Sequence record: MH713599.1
Origin: Acinetobacter phage KARL-1
DNA length: 24,000 nucleotides
Reading direction: 5' to 3' (one strand)
Position 1 is the stretch's first letter, and the number at the start of each line of letters is the position of its first letter. The notes under the pieces were generated by a model. That model searched no databases. It saw only the letters and a program-made list of their open reading frames with translations, and was not told the DNA's origin. Of the stretch, positions 1 through 6,831 are shown in pieces. The position numbers were made by a program, and so were the translations under genes.

Positions 1-2
1 GT

Positions 3-209
3 CCAAACTGGAAAGGATGGTGGGATTTAAAGGCTCAGTTTCATAAGGTCAAGCCATTGCCATGTGGAACTATTCACAAATCTCAAGGTTCAACTTTAGA
101 TAATGTGTTTTTGTTCACGCCATGTATCCATCGCGCTGATCCGGCATTAGCGCAACAACTCCTTTATGTTGGTACAACTCGCGCTAAACATAACGTTTAC
201 TTCGTTTAA
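3..209 (+). CDS. dda: C-terminal fragment of a Dda-like SF1 DNA helicase (5' end outside window)
   Basis: Frame 3 reads PNWKGWWDLKAQFHKVKPLPCGTIHKSQGSTLDNVFLF...QQLLYVGTTRAKHNVYFV*; HKSQGST and YVGTTRAK are late SF1 helicase motifs; next to a dexA block as in T4. Confidence 0.8.
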   Translation, partial: PNWKGWWDLKAQFHKVKPLPCGTIHKSQGSTLDNVFLFTPCIHRADPALAQQLLYVGTTRAKHNVYFV

Positions 210-213
210 GGAA

Positions 214-462
214 ATGAAAATGAATTTAACCGCGAAAGATTTGATTAGGTTGATGGAATTGATTCGTCACGTTATTGATAGCGGCTTAGACGCAAACGAT
301 TTTGCTAGAAATACATTTTATGCATTTCAGCCATTCTTTAATCTTCACTCGACATTAATGCACTGTGAACCTACTTCAACGGTTACAATTCCATTTGCAT
401 TAGCAATGGACATCAATTCTATTGTTTTAGCACATCAATCTTCTATTAAAGCTGTGGTATAA
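214..462 (+). CDS. hypothetical protein
   Basis: ORF track frame with ATG at 214/220 just after the helicase stop; no family recognised. Confidence 0.6.
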   Translation: MKMNLTAKDLIRLMELIRHVIDSGLDANDFARNTFYAFQPFFNLHSTLMHCEPTSTVTIPFALAMDINSIVLAHQSSIKAVV

Positions 463-503
463 TAAAGTCATACGATGAATATAGTGAAGAGCTTGATTCA
501 GAG

Positions 504-935
504 TTGTTTGAATCTCTGAATCAAGAACAAATGAATGATCCAAATGTGCAACAAATCAAAACAATTAATGATTTTGTATTTGTTGTACTTGGATTCCACT
601 TACCAGTGAGTTTTAATATGCAACCTGATATAGCACTAACAGTTAAAGCAGCTGTCCAACTGCTCGATTACATTGAAGAAGTCCGTGACTCAATCATTAG
701 ACTTAAAGGCGAATCTTATTATAACAGTCAATGCATCAGCATGGGTGTTCGTGTTCACCAATGGGTTGATCAATTTAGCAAATCGCTATCACAAAAGATC
801 AATAATGCCCGTATGGTCAATGAAATCGTAGATGATCCTATTAAAGTATATGTTCCTGAATCTGCATTGAGCCATTACAATGAAGTAGTCGTTTTGCATG
901 ATGTATTGAAAATAAGGGCGAAGCAAAATGGCTAA
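504..935 (+). CDS. hypothetical protein upstream of dexA (start uncertain, TTG 504 or ATG 537)
   Basis: Open reading frame of 143 aa in tight array, overlaps next ORF by 8 nt. Confidence 0.65.
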   Translation: MFESLNQEQMNDPNVQQIKTINDFVFVVLGFHLPVSFNMQPDIALTVKAAVQLLDYIEEVRDSIIRLKGESYYNSQCISMGVRVHQWVDQFSKSLSQKINNARMVNEIVDDPIKVYVPESALSHYNEVVVLHDVLKIRAKQNG

Positions 936-1287
936 TAGCAAAGGAACATTAAGCGTACCAGTAGAAATGTTAAATGCATTATACGGTAGTTTGAGTGCAA
1001 TAGATGTTAAAACATTTTCTGAATACACATTTAGAAAGGATGTGGCATCACAGGCTGTATTGAGTAATCGTTATGGTGAAGGTATCACAGAAGATTCCTT
1101 GCATTTCAAAATTAAAGGGCATCTTGAACGTTTACGAAGAACAGGTTTAGATATTGCAAATTGGGCAAACGAACATACAGATTACGCTTGCTCTAAATCT
1201 ATAACACATATCGATGTCGATATGCAAATTCTTGCAGACATTAGAACTTTAATTACTGATTGGGTGTATATCAATGGCGAAGTATAA
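928..1287 (+). CDS. hypothetical protein upstream of dexA
   Basis: 119 aa ORF, overlaps start of dexA by 14 nt, compact phage arrangement. Confidence 0.65.
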   Translation: MANSKGTLSVPVEMLNALYGSLSAIDVKTFSEYTFRKDVASQAVLSNRYGEGITEDSLHFKIKGHLERLRRTGLDIANWANEHTDYACSKSITHIDVDMQILADIRTLITDWVYINGEV

Positions 1288-1933
1288 CGATTTTATTATT
1301 GACTTAGAAACTTTAGGCAACAAGCCTGATTGTATTGTAGTAGATGTGTCAATTCTCATTTTTGATCCGGACCCTAAAGTCATGCAGCCTTTAGATGAAC
1401 TCATCAAAAACGGCAAACGGTTTAAACTCAATCTTGAATCTCAAAAGGGCGTACGATCAACTACTCCTTCAACGGTAAAGTGGTGGATGGAACAATCGCC
1501 AGAGGCTAAAAAGAATCTATTGCCTTCGCCAGATGATGTCACAGTTGAAGAAGCTGTTACGCAGATTTTGGCATTCTTGAAAGAGAATGGAATCAATCAA
1601 TGGAAATCACAAGGATGGTGCAGAGGCATGTCTTTTGACTTTCCTATCTTTGTTGATATGATTCGTCAAACATTTAAAACGAATGACACAGATAAGCTTG
1701 AGCCTATCAAATTCCATTGTCAACGTGACATTCGAACTGCAATTGAAGCGTATTCATTAGTTCGTGGAATGAGCAAGACGCCTTTGCGTAAAGGAATTCT
1801 TGATGGCTTTGTGCATCATGACTCAATTCACGACTGCGCAAAAGATGTTATCATGCTCAAAATGGCACAGCGATACGCATTGCAGTTAGAAGAAATTCCT
1901 GCACCTGAAGATATTGACCCATTTACAGTGTAA
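1274..1933 (+). CDS. dexA: DexA-like 3'-5' exonuclease (exonuclease A)
   Basis: FIIDLETLG, STPSTVKWWMEQSPEAKKN, KSQGWCRGMSFDFPI, QRDIRTAIEAY, LDGFVHHDSIHDCAKD match T4 DexA-type DEDD exonuclease motifs. Confidence 0.93.
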   Translation: MAKYNDFIIDLETLGNKPDCIVVDVSILIFDPDPKVMQPLDELIKNGKRFKLNLESQKGVRSTTPSTVKWWMEQSPEAKKNLLPSPDDVTVEEAVTQILAFLKENGINQWKSQGWCRGMSFDFPIFVDMIRQTFKTNDTDKLEPIKFHCQRDIRTAIEAYSLVRGMSKTPLRKGILDGFVHHDSIHDCAKDVIMLKMAQRYALQLEEIPAPEDIDPFTV

Positions 1934-1950
1934 AAAAAAATCAAAAATAT

Positions 1951-1980
1951 ATGGCCTTGGATGTTTACATCTTGGGCCAT
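1951..1980 (+). terminator. stem-loop after dexA, nested with an early promoter
   Basis: ATGGCC-TTG-GATG-TTTA-CATC-TTG-GGCCAT interrupted inverted repeat; no clean T-tract follows. Confidence 0.5.
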
Positions 1981-1992
1981 TGTTGTTATAAT
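1964..1992 (+). promoter_or_regulatory. early sigma70-type phage promoter
   Basis: TTTACA (1964-1969) - 17 nt - TATAAT (1987-1992), followed by AGTCATATCAAAT, a context recurring at other sites in the window. Confidence 0.75.
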
Positions 1993-2030
1993 AGTCATAT
2001 CAAATCATTAATCAAATTGAGGAAATTATC

Positions 2031-2273
2031 ATGAACAAACAAGCTCTTATCGCAAAAGTTAATAAAATGCCTAAACCTGCAAATACAACTGCTATCTCTC
2101 AAGCTGAATTTGATGCAATTCTCACTAACCCTGAATTAACTGTTGTTGAGAAACATTTTCACAATCATCTTGAAACCAATCAAGTTCTTTTCGTCATCAA
2201 AGACAACGAAATCGATTTCGTAGCAATCAAAGAAATTACTGCAAATGGCACTCGAATTTTCAAAGAAGTTTAA
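2031..2273 (+). CDS. hypothetical protein
   Basis: 80 aa ORF with AGGAAATTATC upstream, downstream of early promoter. Confidence 0.75.
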   Translation: MNKQALIAKVNKMPKPANTTAISQAEFDAILTNPELTVVEKHFHNHLETNQVLFVIKDNEIDFVAIKEITANGTRIFKEV

Positions 2274-2283
2274 GGAGAACACG

Positions 2284-2688
2284 ATGAAAGGTTTTGAAAC
2301 AGGTACAGAATACTTGTTGATAGATTCTAAAGGTCTATCAACAGAGGATCTCAAAACTAAAGAGGGTAATGTGGAATTACCAGGACATTATTTTTCGTTG
2401 ATGATGAAACTACTTAATTCAGGCGACCAAAGCCGAACACTAAGTGTTCATCGTTCAGCTATGGGTAATGTTTACTCTGCGAGCATTAATGGCATGTGTG
2501 TAGAAGAGTGTTATATTCGAGCAGAGTGCATTAAATATTTTGCACCTATTGCACCGGTAGCAGTTGAAGCTCAGATACCGATAATTCGTCCACATAGTTC
2601 TGCATCTGCTATTCCTGACAACATTATTCAATTTCCACGATTACATCAAAGGTTGGCAATTGAAGGAGCTTATTCAGCTATAGCATAA
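2284..2688 (+). CDS. hypothetical protein
   Basis: ATG at 2284 preceded by AAGGAGAACACG ribosome binding site (2269-2280 region). Confidence 0.75.
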   Translation: MKGFETGTEYLLIDSKGLSTEDLKTKEGNVELPGHYFSLMMKLLNSGDQSRTLSVHRSAMGNVYSASINGMCVEECYIRAECIKYFAPIAPVAVEAQIPIIRPHSSASAIPDNIIQFPRLHQRLAIEGAYSAIA

Positions 2689-2694
2689 ACATAT

Positions 2695-2702
2695 CATAAA
2701 TA
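2695..2702 (+). promoter_or_regulatory. possible late promoter for endolysin
   Basis: CATAAATA, one mismatch from T4 late consensus TATAAATA, 25 nt before ATG 2728. Confidence 0.4.
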
Positions 2703-2727
2703 CTTTCTTTAACTATGGGAAAGTATT

Positions 2728-3294
2728 ATGGATGTTAAGCCATTTTTTGATGCAGCTCGTGAAATAGCTGGCGGAAAATTGACACAAGCTCAAGTCGATG
2801 AACTTAATAAAGTAATCAACAATACATTAGCGCCGAGTGAAGTAAATATTTCAGATCTTGGCGTTGATTTGATCAGACGATTTGAGGGGCTTAGAACTTC
2901 GGCTTATCCTGATAGTGTGGGTGTTTGGACTATCGGATACGGGACAACTCGTTACCCTAATGGCGTTGCTGTTAAGAAAGGCGATACTTGCACTGAAGCT
3001 CAAGCTAAAGCGTATATGAAGAACGATCTCCAAAAATTCGTCAGAGCTGTTAATAAACTTGTGACTGTTCCTTTAAAACAGACACAATTTGATGCATTAG
3101 TCTCATTAGTATACAATATTGGTGAAACCGCATTCGCTGGGTCAACATTGTTGAAGAAGTTGAATGCGAAAGATTATGCAGGTGCAGCAGATCAGTTCTT
3201 GGTATGGAATAAGGGCAGAGTTAAAGGTGTCTTACAAGTTATTCCAGGTCTAACAAATAGACGTAAAGCCGAGAAGAAGTACTTTGAACAATAA
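2728..3294 (+). CDS. endolysin, GH24 lysozyme/muramidase, with ~45 aa N-terminal extension
   Basis: RRFEGLRTSAYPDSVGVWTIGYGTT and QFDALVSLVYNIGETAFAGSTLLKKLN ... WNKGRVKGVLQVIPGLTNRRKAEKKYF are canonical GH24 motifs. Confidence 0.93.
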   Translation: MDVKPFFDAAREIAGGKLTQAQVDELNKVINNTLAPSEVNISDLGVDLIRRFEGLRTSAYPDSVGVWTIGYGTTRYPNGVAVKKGDTCTEAQAKAYMKNDLQKFVRAVNKLVTVPLKQTQFDALVSLVYNIGETAFAGSTLLKKLNAKDYAGAADQFLVWNKGRVKGVLQVIPGLTNRRKAEKKYFEQ

Positions 3295-3297
3295 TTT

Positions 3298-3317
3298 AAG
3301 GGAGCTAATGCTCCCTT
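3298..3317 (+). terminator. rho-independent-like terminator after endolysin
   Basis: AAGGGAGC-TAAT-GCTCCCTT followed by TGCTTTAAC. Confidence 0.65.
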
Positions 3318-3342
3318 TGCTTTAACATTATTGAATTATAAT
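3316..3342 (+). promoter_or_regulatory. T4-type middle promoter (MotA box + -10) for gene 39
   Basis: TTTGCTTTA (3316-3324) - 12 nt - TATAAT (3337-3342); exact fit to T4 MotA box spacing. Confidence 0.82.
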
Positions 3343-3372
3343 TTTCAATAACCTAATTACGTTGGAGTTGCG

Positions 3373-4905
3373 ATGAGCACTGAAATTAAAATGTTATCTG
3401 ATCGTGAACATGTGTTAAAGCGTCCAGGCATGTATGTTGGTTCTACAACATCAGAAAACCATGATCGGTTTTTGTTTGGCAAATTTCAAACACTTAAATA
3501 TGTTCCGGCTTTAGTCAAAATTATTGATGAGATTATTGATAATTCATTAGATGAAGCAATTCGAACTGATTTTGCATTTGCAAATAAAATTGAAGTCAAA
3601 ATTTCAGGCAATCAAATTACAGTTAAAGACAATGGTCGCGGTATTCCACAGGCAATGATTACTACTCCAGAAGGCACTCAACTACCTGGCGCTGTAGCTT
3701 GTTGGACTCGAACTAAAGCTGGGGGCAACTTTGGCGATGATGCAACTCGTAAAACTGCAGGCCTCAATGGTGTTGGTAGTTCATTAACGAATATTTTCTC
3801 TAAAGAATTCATTGGTACAACATGTGATGGTGAAAATACTATCGTTGTTAAATGTTCAGACAACATGTCAAACATCGATTGGAAAACAAAAGCAGGTGGA
3901 AAACAAGGTACTGAAGTATCATTTGTGCCGGATTTCTCATTGCTTGATTGCGATGGTATAGATAGCACGATCGAACAAATTGTTGAAGATCGCCTACAAA
4001 TCTTAGCAGTTATTTACCCAGACATCCAATTCAAATTCAACAATGTTCGAGTACTTGGAAACTTCAAAAAATACGCTAAAATGTATGATGAAGATGCAAT
4101 CATCATGGAAACGGACAACGTTCAATTAGCTATTGGGCGTTCAGATGATGGATTCAGACACTTGTCATTTGTCAATGCAATCCACACAAAGGTTGGTGGT
4201 TCTCATATTGATTATGTGATCGATGAATTGTCGAATGAATTGATTCCACAAATCAAACGACGCCATAAAGTTGAAGTCAATAAAGCACGTATCAAAGAAT
4301 GTCTGACAATGTTATTATTCATTAAGAACATGCCAAACATGCGATTTGACTCACAAACAAAAGAACGATTAACTTCTCCATGGGGTGAAGTGAAAGCCCA
4401 TATCGATATTGACATCAAGAAATTGTCTCGGATGCTTATTGCAAATGAATCTATTTTGATGCCTATCATTGAAGCAGTTCTTGCAAAGTTATTAGCTGCC
4501 GAAAAGGCTGCAAACACTCGTGCTGCAAAGAAAGCTGCAAAGGCAAAAGTTGCAAAACATATTAAAGCTAACAAATACGGTGATGACACAGTTGAGACAA
4601 CATTATTTTTAACAGAAGGTGACTCAGCTATTGGATACTTGATTTCGACTCGTGATCGTGAACTTCATGGTGGTTATCCATTACGTGGTAAAGTAATGAA
4701 CACTTGGGGAATGACACCTGCTGATATGCTCAAGAACAAAGAGATTTTCGATATCTGTGCAATCACTGGATTAACTATTGGTGAACCGGCAGGAACATAT
4801 GCTGAAGAAGGTAAATGGTATACTCTTGAAGATGGAACTGTCGTTAATGAAAATGATGAAATCCAAGTTGATGGAAAATGGATGAAAGTTAAGAGTTTGT
4901 TATGA
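3373..4905 (+). CDS. 39: DNA topoisomerase II large subunit (T4 gp39-like), N-terminal ATPase and start of TOPRIM region
   Basis: GHKL motifs IIDEIIDNSLDEA, VKDNGRGIPQ, GLNGVGSSLTNIFS; TLFLTEGDSAIGYL; ends QVDGKWMKVKSLL before the conserved TDADxDG segment, i.e. split as in T4. Confidence 0.95.
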   Translation: MSTEIKMLSDREHVLKRPGMYVGSTTSENHDRFLFGKFQTLKYVPALVKIIDEIIDNSLDEAIRTDFAFANKIEVKISGNQITVKDNGRGIPQAMITTPEGTQLPGAVACWTRTKAGGNFGDDATRKTAGLNGVGSSLTNIFSKEFIGTTCDGENTIVVKCSDNMSNIDWKTKAGGKQGTEVSFVPDFSLLDCDGIDSTIEQIVEDRLQILAVIYPDIQFKFNNVRVLGNFKKYAKMYDEDAIIMETDNVQLAIGRSDDGFRHLSFVNAIHTKVGGSHIDYVIDELSNELIPQIKRRHKVEVNKARIKECLTMLLFIKNMPNMRFDSQTKERLTSPWGEVKAHIDIDIKKLSRMLIANESILMPIIEAVLAKLLAAEKAANTRAAKKAAKAKVAKHIKANKYGDDTVETTLFLTEGDSAIGYLISTRDRELHGGYPLRGKVMNTWGMTPADMLKNKEIFDICAITGLTIGEPAGTYAEEGKWYTLEDGTVVNENDEIQVDGKWMKVKSLL

Positions 4906-5441
4906 ACTATCAACGAATATATGATGAATTAATTGATAGAGCGAGACATCGCTCTATTGATAAAGGAGAGTGGCGCCATATTGTTCCTCATTCTATGGGA
5001 GGATCTGATGACAAATCTAATTTGGTCCATTTGACTTATCGTGAACATTATTTAGCTCATGTGCTACTATATAAAATTCACAGAAATAGCCAGATGGCAT
5101 TTGCACTAGGTAGAATGAGCAATTCTGGAGTAGATCGAAAATGCTCATCTAGGACTTACGCATTTGCAAGAGAGGCCCATTCAAAGGCCATTTCAGAATG
5201 GTCAAAAGAATATATGACAAATAAAACGGTGCTCAAAAATATTGAGACTGGGGAATTTGGAATACATGATGTTGATTCTGTTGATAGATCAATATGGAAG
5301 GGAGTCAATTTCGGAAGAAAGATGGCTGGGATCAAAGGCAAGACATGCTTTAAGGATGACGAAGGTAATACATACTCTTTATTTGTCGATGATCCTAAAA
5401 TAAAGGAATTAGGATTAAAAAGGTGTAGGAAATACTACTAA
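4902..5441 (+). CDS. HNH homing-endonuclease-like protein inserted between genes 39 and 60
   Basis: ATGA overlap with gene 39 stop; EWRHIVPHSMGGSDDKSNLVHLTYREHYLAHVLLYKIH is an HNH motif; separates two halves of the topoisomerase reading frame. Confidence 0.85.
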   Translation: MNYQRIYDELIDRARHRSIDKGEWRHIVPHSMGGSDDKSNLVHLTYREHYLAHVLLYKIHRNSQMAFALGRMSNSGVDRKCSSRTYAFAREAHSKAISEWSKEYMTNKTVLKNIETGEFGIHDVDSVDRSIWKGVNFGRKMAGIKGKTCFKDDEGNTYSLFVDDPKIKELGLKRCRKYY

Positions 5442-5739
5442 TGCCACTAAAGCGGCCGCTGCTAAAAAGAAGGCTAGGCCTTGGTATCACAAGAATTCTT
5501 TGCCTATATACGCACAAATAGTTAAAGCAATACCAATTTTCTATGATTGGTATGTTAAAATATACTTACACAATATTGAGACATTTGAAAATCCAATTAA
5601 ATACTGGAAAGATCTCAATGGTATTACTAGTGGAAGTCGCCTATATAGTAGAATTTTTGAAGAATTTGAAAAAGGGTGGACTCCAGATGAAAAATTTTAC
5701 GAGGTATACAATGAAATTAACTCAAATCGCAAAAACTGA
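5419..5739 (+). other. open frame after HNH ORF, possibly a frameshifted C-terminal domain of the endonuclease
   Basis: Frame shifted +1 relative to the HNH ORF reads ...NATKAAAAKKKARPWYHKNSLPIYAQIVKAIPIFYDWYVKIYLHNIETFENPIKYWKDLNGITSGSRLYSRIFEEFEKGWTPDEKFYEVYNEINSNRKN*; no ATG or good RBS of its own. Confidence 0.5.
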
Positions 5740-6233
5740 TGTTGATATGAACACTTATAAAGCTCAAACTAATGTACGCCGTACTTTCACTAGTACTATG
5801 AATTATCGCAACATCGCCATTATGACAGATGCGGATGTAGATTAGCCTTCGGGCTAATCTAATTTTTAACTTCGAGTATTAAGACGGGACTGGATCAATT
5901 TATCCATCATTGCTTGCATTCTTTAGTAATTGGCCTGAACTTTTTGAACAAGGGCGAATCAAGTTTGTCAAAACTCCGGTTGCGATTTGTCAGAAAGGCA
6001 AAGATCAAAAATGGTACTATACCATTGAAGATTACGAAGCGGACAAACCTAATCTTAAGGGCTATAGTTTCCGTTACATCAAGGGTCTCGGAAGCTTGGA
6101 GATGGAAGAGTATGAAAAAGTTATTCGTGAACCGCATTTCGATGTAGTTAAACTTCCTGAAAATTGGAAGGCGCAATTTGAAATGCTATTTGGTAATGAT
6201 GCACAACTTCGTAAAGATTGGATGTCAGCGTAA
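5711..6233 (+). CDS. 60: DNA topoisomerase II C-terminal/TOPRIM subunit (T4 gp60-like), read as 44 codons + 43-nt bypass (5843-5885) + 115 codons
   Basis: MKLTQIAKTDVDMNTYKAQTNVRRTFTSTMNYRNIAIMTDADVD | GTGSIYPSLLAFFSNWPELFEQGRIKFVKTPVAICQKGKDQKWYYTIEDYEADKPNLKGYSFRYIKGLGSLEMEEYEKVIREPHFDVVKLPENWKAQFEMLFGNDAQLRKDWMSA; SD GAGG 5701-5704; predicted 159 aa versus 160 aa in T4. Confidence 0.85.
5839..5885 (+). promoter_or_regulatory. candidate programmed translational bypass element (T4 gene 60 byp-like)
   Basis: Take-off GAU 5840-5842, in-frame UAG 5843-5845, hairpin AGAUUAGCC-UUCG-GGCUAAUCU 5839-5860, GAG 5874-5876, 6-nt spacer, landing GAC 5883-5885, resume GGG 5886. Confidence 0.85.
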
Positions 6234-6255
6234 GCTGACTCCTTTGGAGAAAGAA

Positions 6256-6615
6256 ATGAAACTCACTGCAACGATTTACAACAATTTAGTCAAAGTCTTT
6301 AACGATGCCGCAAATTTGTCTAAGACACCTAATGAACGTAAACTAATCATCGAAGCACGTAAACGCTTCCCTACATATAACGAGTTGCTAAATCTTGATT
6401 TAGATTATGATGAGCAATCTATTAAGAAGTACGCAAAAAATCCTCTTAAAGTTTGCGAAATCGATCAAGCATCAGATGAAGGTATCTTTAAACATGCATA
6501 TATCTCTGATGCAAATCTTAGCACTCTTGAAAATAACCTCCTTCGAGGTATCCGTGTTATTTTACATACATACACTGATGGTGCAACATCTGCAATTTAT
6601 GGAGTGGTAGAATGA
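6256..6615 (+). CDS. hypothetical protein
   Basis: ATG 6256 with upstream TTTGGAGAAAGAA; 119 aa. Confidence 0.75.
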   Translation: MKLTATIYNNLVKVFNDAANLSKTPNERKLIIEARKRFPTYNELLNLDLDYDEQSIKKYAKNPLKVCEIDQASDEGIFKHAYISDANLSTLENNLLRGIRVILHTYTDGATSAIYGVVE

Positions 6616-6806
6616 AAATCTTGGTTGAAGTTGTAGCAACAAACATGGAATCAGGACACATTGCAGTCCACCAAGAAACTATCGATATTGCAATTGTTTC
6701 TAAAGAACAGGAAACTCTATATCTCGAAAAACTCGCAAATTCTGATTTCCTTACACCTAAAAAAGTAGGTCCTATTTTAATCAGTCGTTCAATCGCAGTA
6801 CTTTAA
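6612..6806 (+). CDS. hypothetical protein
   Basis: 64 aa ORF with ATGA overlap with preceding stop. Confidence 0.7.
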   Translation: MKILVEVVATNMESGHIAVHQETIDIAIVSKEQETLYLEKLANSDFLTPKKVGPILISRSIAVL

Positions 6807-6831
6807 TAATCCCAATACTTTGGAGAACAAT

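Noticed and set aside
4491-4570. Ala/Lys-rich stretch LLAAEKAANTRAAKKAAKAKVAKHIKAN in gp39 as an inserted repeat
   Set aside because: A similar Ala/Lys-rich linker exists in T4 gp39, so it is a normal family feature.
3678-4913. Minus-strand ORFs opposite gene 39 (3678-3968, 4212-4589, 4674-4913)
   Set aside because: Mirror artefacts of a well-conserved plus-strand gene.
5451-5458. GCGGCCGC (NotI site) as a sign of vector or engineered sequence
   Set aside because: No other vector-like sequence is nearby and it encodes part of an Ala/Lys run; most likely chance, though unusual in this AT-rich genome.
5839-5860. Hairpin AGATTAGCC-TTCG-GGCTAATCT followed by AATTTTT as a rho-independent terminator
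   Set aside because: It looks like a terminator, but its position directly at the in-frame UAG within a conserved coding sequence and match to the T4 bypass layout favour a translational role. Some termination cannot be excluded.
5843-5885. 43-nt gap as sequencing/assembly error or simple pseudogene
   Set aside because: A structured hairpin, matched Asp codons, GAG at 6 nt and intact frames on both sides are not expected for an error or decay; still needs experimental confirmation.
5910-6233. Independent ORF starting at TTG 5910 (MLAFFSNWPELFEQ...)
   Set aside because: Protein similarity continues upstream of TTG as GTGSIYPS, and no convincing SD precedes it. It is better read as the post-bypass part of gene 60.
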